Below the pieces are notes generated by a model that was given only the letters and a program-made list of their open reading frames with translations, was not told where the DNA came from and made no database searches. This document shows, in pieces, positions 8,452-18,313 of a stretch of DNA of 64,000 nt. Both the position numbers and the translations under genes were made by a program. The stretch's first letter is position 1, and the number at the start of each line of letters is the position of its first letter. This stretch comes from an uncultured Gammaproteobacteria bacterium (GTDB lineage Bacteria; Pseudomonadota; Gammaproteobacteria; Coxiellales; Coxiellaceae), in NCBI GenBank assembly GCA_963711375.1, contig CAVQDV010000002.1, positions 12,649 through 76,648 of the forward strand. Direction: 5' to 3'.

Positions 8452-9669
8452 TTAAATGACGGCAGACGCATTTCGTTCCGGGAATAATAAAGTGCTTAAT
8501 TCAGTGGGAAGCGAAGGTTTGGAATTTTTAATGGAAACGCATACCACCGTATTGATGGCCTCTGCAATGAGTTTATTGTCGGGTTGTCGGAATATTTTCT
8601 GTTTGAAGAGCATTTTAATACGCCCGGAAAGTTCGAGAGAGGAGGTCACATAAAATAGCTCGTTCGCTCGAAGAGGCGCTCTCAGACTCATATCAACATG
8701 AGCGAGCACAAGGTTGTAACCTATTTTATTCCAGACTTCCCAATCCACACCTTTTTCATGAAGCATCTTCAATCGTGCATGATCAAAATAATGCAAATAA
8801 TTGGCATTATTGACGATATTTTGAATATCAAGCTCATAACTGCGTACTTCAGAATGCCACACAGAATCCTGGGTATGGTTGATGGGCAAATTTTCCTTAA
8901 GCCAGCCAGCGATGGCTGATGTGGCGTTGAGCAACTCAGTGCTTCCGTCAGGTCGAGAAAGGATGTGATCAGCGTTTTTGATTATTTGTATTGATTTTGC
9001 GGGTGAAATGGCTTCTCGGTAAATTGATTCAGCATTCTCGCGAGAAAAATCCTGATCGCCTGCCATGCAAAAGAGAGATCCCTCATAATGTTTAATAGAA
9101 GCTAATGGATGGTGGCTTAATAAAGCGTCATAGAAGGCTCTTCCAATTCTAATGTTTCGCCATGGCAATTCTATTTCGATAAAATCCTGACACTGACGTA
9201 AATCATCCATTATTTTTTGGCCCAAGAAAGTCGTAAAATCCTGCTTTAAATTTAACGCAGGGGATAATAGCGCTAGTGCTCGGCATGGCACTTGGTTTGC
9301 GACGAGCATGGCTATTGCCGCACCAAGACTGAAACCAACCATTCCCACAGAGTGCCTATTGACGTAGGGGAGTTGAGATAGATAGTCGAAGGCGGCCAAT
9401 GCGTCTTCAAGCATCGTATCCATTGAAGCGTTTTCAGTTAGGCCATCACTTTCGCCAAATCCCCGAAAATCAATTCTCAAGCAGACGATATTTTTTTCAA
9501 TCAATAGCGAAGACATCGCCGTAAAAACAGAGTTCACTTCATTTTTATCGGTCCCAAATCCGTGTAAAAGTAGGGTAGCGGATAGAAGCTCTGCATGCGC
9601 TTCAACGTGATCAGGAAGCGATAATATTCCGATGAGACTGTTATTGATACGTATTTTTTGGTCGACCAT
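8452..9669 (-). CDS. Fusion protein: alpha/beta hydrolase (N-terminal) plus 4HBT/YbgC-like hotdog thioesterase (C-terminal)
   Basis: Nucleophile elbow GFSLGAA. The C-terminal NIVNNANYLHYFDHARLKMLHEKG is hotdog-like. I prefer the ATG at 9669 (MVDQK, AAGGA RBS) over the track start at 9840. Confidence 0.65.
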   Translation of the reverse strand: MVDQKIRINNSLIGILSLPDHVEAHAELLSATLLLHGFGTDKNEVNSVFTAMSSLLIEKNIVCLRIDFRGFGESDGLTENASMDTMLEDALAAFDYLSQLPYVNRHSVGMVGFSLGAAIAMLVANQVPCRALALLSPALNLKQDFTTFLGQKIMDDLRQCQDFIEIELPWRNIRIGRAFYDALLSHHPLASIKHYEGSLFCMAGDQDFSRENAESIYREAISPAKSIQIIKNADHILSRPDGSTELLNATSAIAGWLKENLPINHTQDSVWHSEVRSYELDIQNIVNNANYLHYFDHARLKMLHEKGVDWEVWNKIGYNLVLAHVDMSLRAPLRANELFYVTSSLELSGRIKMLFKQKIFRQPDNKLIAEAINTVVCVSIKNSKPSLPTELSTLLFPERNASAVI

Positions 9670-9865
9670 GGTTTTCCTTTTTACTTCAATATTCCATACG
9701 AGATTTTCATAATTTTGCCCTACTTTACTCGAAATTTTTGTATTCGTCCAACATCGATTAGAGTAGCATTCCGTGTAAGGCCAAAGCGCGCCAAGCAGAC
9801 GACGCGAGGCTTTAACGTGGTGACCCGAAGCTTTGCTCAAAAAGAAAACAATTGATGGAGAAATT

Positions 9866-10180
9866 ATGAGAGGCCTAAAAAACCAATTTTTAAAGATTTA
9901 GCAAAATATTATGATTTAACATATTCCTAGAAAGAATACAAAAATGAAGCGACCAAGATAAAATCGCTAATCAAAAAAAATAAAAAATCTTGAGGAAATG
10001 ATTTACTTGAAATTGCTTGTGGAACCGGAAAACACATTTTACTGAGCGACACGAATTGGCTATTTTCGACACCAATAATGTCCTTGAAATAATGAATAAA
10101 TATGGGTTAAAGGCTCATTTTTTGAAAATGGGCTGATGAAGGATCGTGGCTTGTATATTGGTAAAATGAGAATTCACTGA
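9866..10180 (+). pseudogene. Degraded class I SAM-dependent methyltransferase
   Basis: Across shifted frames I read ...YYDLTYS*KEYKNEATKIKSLIKK..., then LLEIACGTGKH (motif I), then ...MNKYGLKAHFLKNGLMKDRGLYIGKMRIH*. There are stops, frame changes and an internal deletion. Confidence 0.55.
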
Positions 10181-10273
10181 TCGTGGATTACAGGCTCGAC
10201 AATGATAGATGAAGAAATTATATAAAAGCGCACAATGAATTTATATTGCGCTAATAATGTTTAAGGAGAGCAA

Positions 10274-11056
10274 ATGACAAAAGTCACTTACGATGTTATC
10301 GGAAAAACCTATGACACCACTCGCAAACCAGATGGTGAAATCGTAGCAAGTCTTAAAGAATTATTGGCACTCAAATTAAATGGCCGTTGTTTGGATATTG
10401 GCTGTGGATCTGGTAATTATACCGGTACCTTAGCCCAGCAGGATCTAGAGATTGAAGGCATTGATCTTTCTGATGAAATGCTAAAAAAAGCGAGAAAAAA
10501 ATACCCCAATATCATTTTTCATCAGGGCGATGCAAAGGCATTAGCATTTAAAAATAATTCTTATGATGGCGCAACCTGCATACTGGCTACGCATCATATT
10601 GGTGATAATGGCCAACTGTTTAAAGAGGCCTTCCGCATTATTCGAGAAGGGCGGTTTGTTACTTTTACCGCTACACGAGAACAAATGCGGGGATATTGGC
10701 TTTGTCACTATTTCCCTATCATGATGGAAAATGCCATAAATAAAATGGCTAGTTTTGAAGAATTACAATTAGATTTGGAGCAAGCTGGATTTAACAATAT
10801 TAGAAAATTGCCTTTTTTTGTGACGAATCAGCTTCAAGATCTTTTTTTACAGTCTGGAAAATATCGCCCAGAAATATATTTAGACCCTATGGTTCGTCAA
10901 GGCATTTCATCATTTCACCTTTCTGTCGACCCGGAAGAGCTAAAGCTTGGATTGAATCAATTAAAGTCTGATATTAAAACAGGAAAAATTCAAGAAGTTA
11001 TCGAGAATTATGAAAATGATTTAGGGGATTATCTTTTTTTAGTCGCTGAGAAATGA
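10274..11056 (+). CDS. Class I SAM-dependent methyltransferase
   Basis: 260 aa. Motif I LDIGCGSGNYT. Confidence 0.8.
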   Translation: MTKVTYDVIGKTYDTTRKPDGEIVASLKELLALKLNGRCLDIGCGSGNYTGTLAQQDLEIEGIDLSDEMLKKARKKYPNIIFHQGDAKALAFKNNSYDGATCILATHHIGDNGQLFKEAFRIIREGRFVTFTATREQMRGYWLCHYFPIMMENAINKMASFEELQLDLEQAGFNNIRKLPFFVTNQLQDLFLQSGKYRPEIYLDPMVRQGISSFHLSVDPEELKLGLNQLKSDIKTGKIQEVIENYENDLGDYLFLVAEK

Positions 11057-11117
11057 TGTACAATAAATAATATTTCGTCTCCCTGCGAGCTAGGACTTCG
11101 TACTCATAGCTCTCCAT

Positions 11118-11885
11118 TTAACGCATATACAATCCGCCATTCACATCAACTGTTTCGCCCGTCATAAATTCATTATCGATTAACATGGCAACAACCTTCG
11201 CAATATGATCGGGTTCACCTATTCTTTTTAAAGGTGTCATTGCAATTACTTCTTGCATTTTTGCATCGGGTGTTACTCCTTCATGAAATGGCGTTTGAAT
11301 AACACCTGGCGCAATACCATTAACACGAATCTGTGGCGCTAAATCTCTTGCAAGACTACGCGTGAAAACATCAATTGCACCTTTTGTCGCGGCATACACA
11401 GGGCCAACAGTTCCACCACTACGAATAATCGCTGAGCTGATATTGATTACACAAGCATTTTCTCTCTGTTGCAATAATGGGGCGCATAATGCAGATAAAT
11501 ACATAACAGAAAAAGTATTGAGTCTGAATAATGTTTCGAGAAAATCCCATGTAATATCAGATGTATTATGCTGTTTAATCAAAGCACCGGCGTTATTGAT
11601 TAAAACATCTAATTTACCAAATTTTTGTTTCACAAAATTTACAACCGTATTGCATCCTTCTTCAGAAGCCAAATCGGATTGAATTAAATGTGCATTTCCG
11701 CCTAACTTATTGACCGCTTCAGAAACCTTCTCTGCTTCACTTTTGGATGAGTTGTAGTGAATGATGATTTGATTTCCCGGTGCTAAATATATTGCCGTAG
11801 CAGCACCAATCCCAGTGCTAGCACCTGTAATTAAGATTACTTTTCCTTTTGGGTCAACTGACTTCATCTTTGTTTCCTTCATCAT
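11118..11885 (-). CDS. Short-chain dehydrogenase/reductase (SDR)
   Basis: TGASTGIGAA cofactor motif, NNAG, and YAATKGA catalytic Y-x3-K. Confidence 0.85.
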   Translation of the reverse strand: MMKETKMKSVDPKGKVILITGASTGIGAATAIYLAPGNQIIIHYNSSKSEAEKVSEAVNKLGGNAHLIQSDLASEEGCNTVVNFVKQKFGKLDVLINNAGALIKQHNTSDITWDFLETLFRLNTFSVMYLSALCAPLLQQRENACVINISSAIIRSGGTVGPVYAATKGAIDVFTRSLARDLAPQIRVNGIAPGVIQTPFHEGVTPDAKMQEVIAMTPLKRIGEPDHIAKVVAMLIDNEFMTGETVDVNGGLYMR

Positions 11886-11948
11886 TTTAGAGAGACAAAA
11901 TAATCCATTTAATTATCTCATGATATAACACTCTAGTGTTTAAATATA

Positions 11949-12785
11949 TTAGTAAAGAACACTTTCCCCTTCACGCAGATCTAGAACTTCGTATCCGCTA
12001 TTTGTGACGGCCACCACATGTTCCCAAAAGCAGGCGAGTGCATTATTTTGCATCACCATAGTTGTCATGGAATTGTTAAGTCTTTTCCCCGTTCCATCTC
12101 CGGTGCAAATAGCAGGCTCGATGGTGATAGTCATTCCCTCTTCAAGAATATGGCCAGTATAAGGGGTTGCATCATAAAAAGGGATGAGCAAACCTTCACA
12201 GTGAACGCGGCCTATGCTGTGTGCTGTCATGCCAGGAATTCGGACCATGGAAAATCCCTGTTTTTCGACATAGTTTTGAACGGCGCTACTGATCGTTCCA
12301 ATATGTACACCGGGTTTTACCAGTTTTATTCCTATCCACATCGCTTCATAGGCGACGGCTAATAATCGTCTAGCTAAAGAAGAGGTTTCGTTCCCAATGA
12401 TCCACATTTTAGCGGTATCCGCACAAAACCCCCCTTTTTTAAGACTTACATCAATCCCAAATATTTCGCCTATTTTTAGGGGGGCATCATCGACTTCACC
12501 GAAGCCCAAAATGTGATTTCGCGAATAAGAAATAGTTTGTATGGTATTTCTATTGTTACCTTCTAAATCGGATCGATCGATTTCAGCATGATATTTATTT
12601 ACAATTAAATCATAAACAATTTTATCCAGCTCACGAGTGGTCACTCCTGGTTTAACATATTCATTTAGGTCCGTGAGAATGTTAGCCGCAATCTTTCCGG
12701 CTTCCCGCATTTTTTGAATTTCTTCGGGATTTTTAAGAGTGTAAAGTTCATTTTTATTCATTTGATCAAGAATGATTTCGCTCAT
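11949..12785 (-). CDS. Second, divergent M24 methionine aminopeptidase-like protein
   Basis: 278 aa. Ligand contexts are retained (FGIDVS, CADTAKMW, TAHSIG, ITIEPA, FWEHVVAV). Confidence 0.7.
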   Translation of the reverse strand: MSEIILDQMNKNELYTLKNPEEIQKMREAGKIAANILTDLNEYVKPGVTTRELDKIVYDLIVNKYHAEIDRSDLEGNNRNTIQTISYSRNHILGFGEVDDAPLKIGEIFGIDVSLKKGGFCADTAKMWIIGNETSSLARRLLAVAYEAMWIGIKLVKPGVHIGTISSAVQNYVEKQGFSMVRIPGMTAHSIGRVHCEGLLIPFYDATPYTGHILEEGMTITIEPAICTGDGTGKRLNNSMTTMVMQNNALACFWEHVVAVTNSGYEVLDLREGESVLY

Positions 12786-13073
12786 ATAAAAACCTCTCTA
12801 GCTAAGGCAATTGTACATCAAAATGGAAAAATGATAATGCTGAGAATTGTGAATAATTTATTTCTAAATGAGAAATAATTCTAATCGAAAGCGTTCTAGT
12901 CGGCAAGTTTGAAGGCGAGGTTCAGTAAGGTACTGATGGCTTCACTTGTTGCAGCAATAAAATCACAAAGAGGGCTGTGCTGAATAAATGCCCCGAACTT
13001 TTTCCTCCAATGAGAATTTTTTTGGACTTTAGACAATAATGATTCTGTAACAATATCCTAACATTGCAAGATC

Positions 13074-14534
13074 TTAAAAAAAATCCTCAAGTGTAATTTG
13101 GTTGGCGACCAGTTCATCAGAATAGGTATTTTTCAACAAGCCGGAGACAGTTATTATTGTCAAAAATATTTGTTTTTTACAATTTGTTTTTTCACGAAAA
13201 ATATCAATTTTATTTCCTAAAATTGTTGCATACTGTTTTGTGATGCGAAAGGGGTGCTTGGAATATTTTATTTCAATAATATTTATAACGCCATCGTCTC
13301 GGTCAACTAACAAATCAATTTGTGTGCCATGATCTTTACTGTCTTTTGCTTGATAGCGCCAAGTACCAATCGTATAGCCAACCTTAATATCAAGCGCTTT
13401 AGTGATATCTGCGATATGTTTATAACAAAATGCTTCAAACGCATAGCCCGCCCAATTGTTCCAAGCGGGTGTTTGTGATTTTGACTGCCAATATTGTGTA
13501 GATTCTGTAATCAACTTTATATGACTTCGAGCTGGCTTAATCCATTTTAAATAAAATAAAGTATATTCATCGATAACGCGGTAGTAGATTCCTTTTTTTG
13601 CATTGCCATAAGGAATAAAACTAATGATAAACCCGGCCTCTTCAAGCTCTTCAAGTCTTCGGGTAAATGTGCCGCCTGAGTGAGAATATTTTAGTTTAGC
13701 TAAAAGAGTTTCTTGATCAATTCCATACAGATTTTTTTCGATTGATTCAATTATCTCAATATGTGCTTGAGATCCAGAAAATAATGAAGCATATAAACGA
13801 GAAAATTCGCGGTATAGTAAACTGTCAGCCGTGAAGCACATGTTATTAATATTATTAACCGCTGAACTTCCTTTTTTAATGTCGTCCAGATAGAAAGGAA
13901 TACCACCCATCACCATGTAAAGATCCAAAATTTGAAGGTGGGTGAGCTTGATATGCTTGTGAAGAAGAAATTGTGTGGTTTCTCTTATATTAAAAGGACG
14001 TAAGGGTATTTGGCCAGTAATGCGATTGTGCAAGCCACCCTTTGCGTTAATGAGATTTTCCAGCATCCAAGAGGCAGCGGATCCACAAACAATAAGTTTT
14101 AACTTTTTTCTATAGCTCCAATTCGTGTTCCAAATGTGATCCAACGTTTCTATGAATCCAGATTTCTGCGTAGCTAGCCAAGGTAATTCATCAAAAAATA
14201 ATATGATTGTTTTATTCTTATTGTGCTGGTCGAGAGAGCGCGTTATCATTTCGAAAGCTTCGTTCCAACTATGAGGTGCTTGTATGGCAAAAGGAGCTTT
14301 AAAAGTAGCCTCAATTGCTCTCGTGAATAGATCGAGCTGGTCCTTCAAGGATCCCTTTTGTTTACCGGTTACTTCAAATTTTAATCCGCCATTTTGATCA
14401 ATGATGTGTTTAATAATGTGAGTTTTTCCAACACGACGTCTTCCATAAACTGCGATAAATTCAGCTTTATTTGATTTTAAATAAGATTTTAGTTTGTCCT
14501 GTTCTGACTTGCGACCGACAGTAAATGGAGTCAT
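13074..14534 (-). CDS. AAA-type ATPase of the 'archaeal ATPase'/DUF234-like family
   Basis: Walker A GRRRVGKTH, Walker B ILFFDELPW, winged-helix-like C-terminus. I prefer the ATG at 14534 (MTPFTVGRKSEQ, GAGGTG RBS) over the GTG at 14561. Confidence 0.65.
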   Translation of the reverse strand: MTPFTVGRKSEQDKLKSYLKSNKAEFIAVYGRRRVGKTHIIKHIIDQNGGLKFEVTGKQKGSLKDQLDLFTRAIEATFKAPFAIQAPHSWNEAFEMITRSLDQHNKNKTIILFFDELPWLATQKSGFIETLDHIWNTNWSYRKKLKLIVCGSAASWMLENLINAKGGLHNRITGQIPLRPFNIRETTQFLLHKHIKLTHLQILDLYMVMGGIPFYLDDIKKGSSAVNNINNMCFTADSLLYREFSRLYASLFSGSQAHIEIIESIEKNLYGIDQETLLAKLKYSHSGGTFTRRLEELEEAGFIISFIPYGNAKKGIYYRVIDEYTLFYLKWIKPARSHIKLITESTQYWQSKSQTPAWNNWAGYAFEAFCYKHIADITKALDIKVGYTIGTWRYQAKDSKDHGTQIDLLVDRDDGVINIIEIKYSKHPFRITKQYATILGNKIDIFREKTNCKKQIFLTIITVSGLLKNTYSDELVANQITLEDFF

Positions 14535-14563
14535 GCTCACCTCTTGAGCAGAGTCTATCACAT

Positions 14564-14635
14564 AGATTCCGCTGAGTATAGGTCTAATAAACTCAGCGGA
14601 ATCTTGGTTTTAGATTAGATTTCGCTGAGTATAGG
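14564..14635. promoter_or_regulatory. 14-bp perfect inverted repeat plus a third direct copy upstream of the ATPase gene; candidate operator
   Basis: AGATTCCGCTGAGT (14564-14577) and ACTCAGCGGAATCT (14591-14604). AGATTTCGCTGAGTATAGG at 14617-35 repeats AGATTCCGCTGAGTATAGG at 14564-82. Confidence 0.45.
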
Positions 14636-15263
14636 ATCATTCAGAGCAATCCACAAGAGAACGTGGTATACGTGACTACAGGTGCTCAGGGTTCTAGGCG
14701 GCAAGTTTGACAGTTTGAATCTGTGGTCGATCGATTTGATACAACGAATAGGTCAAGATCACTATATTTATGTAGGCCACCAACGATCGACGATTCGTAT
14801 AGACCCAAAGCATGTGGATTTTAGGTGTCGGGTTCCATCAGACCACTGTTCTTCCAATGCTTGCACCGCCATCAACAAATATAGCCTTTGGTTGTAACCG
14901 GAAATATGCCATTTGTTTTCTCAAGCAAATGAATGCGTTAACAGCAGTTGATTTAAAGAGATGGGCACAATTTATCTGCCTGGGAGGTGAATATGGTTAT
15001 CTTTTTTTAGTCGCTGAGAAATGTGAATAATTTATTTTTATATGGGAAATAGTGTTCATCCAAAGCCTTCTAGTTGGCAAGCTTGATAATTTGGTTAGTT
15101 TCTGTAAGCGATCTAAGTAAAGCTATTGGTTCAGTAATCTTGCGTGCCATCCTCCTGGCTTACAAAAATCTCTTGTTTCGATCTGTATTTTGGGATTTAA
15201 CCGCTTGCCACTTGCTGAGATAACAGAATATACTCCTTCCGAAACAAATTACTGAGAGATAAC

Positions 15264-17153
15264 ATGAGACCCAACCAGATTAAAGCCTACCTGCGATTGC
15301 TTTGCCTTGATCAAGAATTGCCATCTCTATCCTATTTGCGTAAACTACAACGTAGACATATAGAGACGATCCCTCATGAAAATGTTAATGCCATTTACAA
15401 TTTTCCAACTTCATTTAATTTAGATCATCTATTAAAAAAATACAAGGAAGAAAATCGTGGCGGCATGTGTTTTGAATTAAATTATTCATTTTGTGCCTTG
15501 CTTAAGGAGTTAGGTTTTGAAGCTCGACTCGTCCTCTGTGAGGTTAATGCCTATGAGCTTAATCAAGAAAATAATGCTTATCCAACGCATCCCATTATAG
15601 TGGTTGAGATTGATGGATCCTCTTGCCTTGTGGATGCAGGATGGTGCGACTCCTATCGGGAACCATTATCTTTAAAGGGTGAAATTTACAAAGACCACTC
15701 AGGGATGTACCGTGTTCTTGAAAAAAATACTCATGAATTTACTATGCAGAAATGGCTTTCTGAAAATAAAGGAGAAGCCAATGATTATAAATGGCATGAT
15801 CAATTTAGTTTTACCTACAATAGAGAGGAAGCGTATGTGAAAACGTTTCCATCTATTTTTTTAGCTGCAAATGCCTATACGCACTGTGCTCCAAAATATT
15901 TATTTTCATGGAAATTTAAATTCACCCGTGTTACACCAAATGGTCATTTATCATTATGGGATGATGTGGTTTTTAATCGTGTGAATGAAGAGAAATCACG
16001 GAAAGTACTAACAGTTTCAAGACCAGATTTTCTGAAAAATGATTTACATTTGCTGAAGCGAATTGCTGACCACTGTAAAAAATTGAAACGTACTGTTAGC
16101 ATGACGTTTTTTGAGGCAAGAATAAAGAATGACCTTTTACAATTAGCAAAAAATAATAAGCGCGTACCTAGTATTTTTAATTTAGATAATTACCTATTTA
16201 AAATAAAAGCCAAGAAGCTGCTTTTAGGCTCTCTTTCATATGATGATCAATTGTTTTATCTTAATGAAATTTTTCTAGCGCATGTTAAAACAATACCATT
16301 TCAAAATTTTGAACTTCTGAAAATCAGTCGACAACATCCCGTGTCTAGAGAGTCTTTACTGTTTGAGACATTTCCTAAAATAATGACGGTCCAAAACGGA
16401 GGTTTTTGTTTTCAAACATCGGCATTGCTTTATACCGCTCTAAAAAGGCTTGGATTTGATGCGCACTGTTCGCTTGCAAAAGTGTTAGCCGGGAGAGAAG
16501 TGGGTTCACCAGAAGCCCTAGACCTGCCAGAGACGCACCTTATTGTTGTTATCAAAATTAATCAGCAACGTTATTTGCTTGATCCTGGCCTAGTATCTTC
16601 TGGGAAACGATCTGCTTTTTTAATTACAGAGGAAGGCGAACCCGTGCAAGAGGGGAGTTATCAATTTAAATTGAGTCGACACCCAAATTTTCAAGATTTA
16701 TTTGTTTTTCAGGCTTTTCGAAATGAAAAATGGTTCACCGTTTTGCAATCCCGTTTAAGCGAATCCACACTCGTCCAGTGCCAAGAAAAATTGTGTCATC
16801 TTGAACGATTTCCTAAACCACTCCGAGTTCGTGACTCCTTAATTGTCGTCTACATTGCTACAAATCTTGGATTTAAAACATTTTCTTGGGACGCTCAACA
16901 AGAACGTTTGATTTACACAATTGAGGAGAATGGGGTTCCCCAAAAAATGGCCCTTGAAAGTTTTTCCGAAGGATGCGAAGTACTCTCTAAGGAATTTGGT
17001 ATTACTCATATTAGTGAGGGCACATTAAAAAGCTACTGTTCAAATTTATGTTTGCCGAGGCCTAAAAAAGCGTGGACCGTAGATTTCCCTTTGGATGAAA
17101 ATGAGCTTAATCAAATGTCAGAAAATTTGTCGCGGCGCCAATTACAACCATAA
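15264..17153 (+). CDS. Tandem double arylamine N-acetyltransferase (NAT-NAT fusion)
   Basis: 629 aa. Two NAT-like halves, each with Cys (GGMCFELN; GGFCFQTS) and His/Asp contexts (THPIIVVEIDGSSCLVDAGW; THLIVVIKINQQRYLLDPGL). Confidence 0.7.
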   Translation: MRPNQIKAYLRLLCLDQELPSLSYLRKLQRRHIETIPHENVNAIYNFPTSFNLDHLLKKYKEENRGGMCFELNYSFCALLKELGFEARLVLCEVNAYELNQENNAYPTHPIIVVEIDGSSCLVDAGWCDSYREPLSLKGEIYKDHSGMYRVLEKNTHEFTMQKWLSENKGEANDYKWHDQFSFTYNREEAYVKTFPSIFLAANAYTHCAPKYLFSWKFKFTRVTPNGHLSLWDDVVFNRVNEEKSRKVLTVSRPDFLKNDLHLLKRIADHCKKLKRTVSMTFFEARIKNDLLQLAKNNKRVPSIFNLDNYLFKIKAKKLLLGSLSYDDQLFYLNEIFLAHVKTIPFQNFELLKISRQHPVSRESLLFETFPKIMTVQNGGFCFQTSALLYTALKRLGFDAHCSLAKVLAGREVGSPEALDLPETHLIVVIKINQQRYLLDPGLVSSGKRSAFLITEEGEPVQEGSYQFKLSRHPNFQDLFVFQAFRNEKWFTVLQSRLSESTLVQCQEKLCHLERFPKPLRVRDSLIVVYIATNLGFKTFSWDAQQERLIYTIEENGVPQKMALESFSEGCEVLSKEFGITHISEGTLKSYCSNLCLPRPKKAWTVDFPLDENELNQMSENLSRRQLQP

Positions 17154-17213
17154 GCGACAAATCAGGATAGTAACATTGGTTTTCAAGGCAAATTAACAAT
17201 ACTGGAGTTGAAA

Positions 17214-18311
17214 ATGCGAAATTCTGTTAAATTAGGTAAAAATGGTCCGCTGGTTTCTAGGGTGGGTTTTGGTTGCATGGGGATGTCGGGAACTTATGAT
17301 GCTGATCGTAACGACGCTGAATCCATCAAAACAATTCGGGCTGCATATGAAGCTGGAATAAACCTTTTTGATACGGCAGATATTTACGGTGAAGGGCATA
17401 GCGAAACTTTACTAGGGAAGGCTCTTTTTGAATCTCTACAAAAAAAGCGAAATAGCATCATTATTGCTACAAAATGCGGATTTGTTTCAATTCCAGATGG
17501 TGGATTTTATATTGATGTCTCGCCGAAGCACATTTTAGAATCCTGTCAAAATTCATTAACTCGTTTAGGTGTCGATTATATTGATTTGTATTATTTGCAT
17601 CGCTTACCTAAAGGCGGAATTGATGAACTGCGGAATAGTCTGGATGCGCTTATTTCCTTGCTAAAAGAAGGTAAAATTAAGCACGTTGGCCTATCTGAGG
17701 CGGACGCAAAAAGTATCCGTTTCGCGCATCAATACTTTATTGAAAAAGGACTTCCTGAGGCTTTTATTGCCGTGCAATCTGAATTCAGCATTTTTGTGCA
17801 AGAACCTTTAAAGAATAACGTATTTATAACGTGCTATGAGTTAGGTTTAAGTTTTATTCCTTTTAGTCCTTTGTGTCGAGGGATGTTAACAGAAAAAATG
17901 CAGGCTGAAATAAAATTTGATCAGGGTGATTTTCGTCTTGAATTGCCAATGTTTCAAGGAGAAAATTTTAAAGCTAATCTCGCTATTCGTGATAAATTAG
18001 CTCAGTTCGCTGTCACAAAAAATTGTACTTTGCCACAATTGGGACTGGCATGGCTGATGGCGCAGGGAGAAAATATAATTCCAATTCCAGGGACAAAACA
18101 TATTGATAATTTAAACAATAATCTAGGGTCACTTTCGGTGGAATTGATCCCTGAAGATTTGAGCAATATTCAGAAAATTATGAAATGCGAAATTATTAAA
18201 GGCACACGATATCCTTGGGATTTGTTTGCCTTAATGAATATTGAATCCGCTGAACCCCAATCAGTAGACAACAACGATTCTGAACTTGTTTTACAAGCTG
18301 AGTTTAATTAA
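17214..18311 (+). CDS. Aldo/keto reductase
   Basis: AKR-like N-terminus GFGCMGMSGTYD, FDTADIYGEGHSE. ATG at 17214 with a GGAG RBS. Confidence 0.8.
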   Translation: MRNSVKLGKNGPLVSRVGFGCMGMSGTYDADRNDAESIKTIRAAYEAGINLFDTADIYGEGHSETLLGKALFESLQKKRNSIIIATKCGFVSIPDGGFYIDVSPKHILESCQNSLTRLGVDYIDLYYLHRLPKGGIDELRNSLDALISLLKEGKIKHVGLSEADAKSIRFAHQYFIEKGLPEAFIAVQSEFSIFVQEPLKNNVFITCYELGLSFIPFSPLCRGMLTEKMQAEIKFDQGDFRLELPMFQGENFKANLAIRDKLAQFAVTKNCTLPQLGLAWLMAQGENIIPIPGTKHIDNLNNNLGSLSVELIPEDLSNIQKIMKCEIIKGTRYPWDLFALMNIESAEPQSVDNNDSELVLQAEFN

Positions 18312-18313
18312 AA

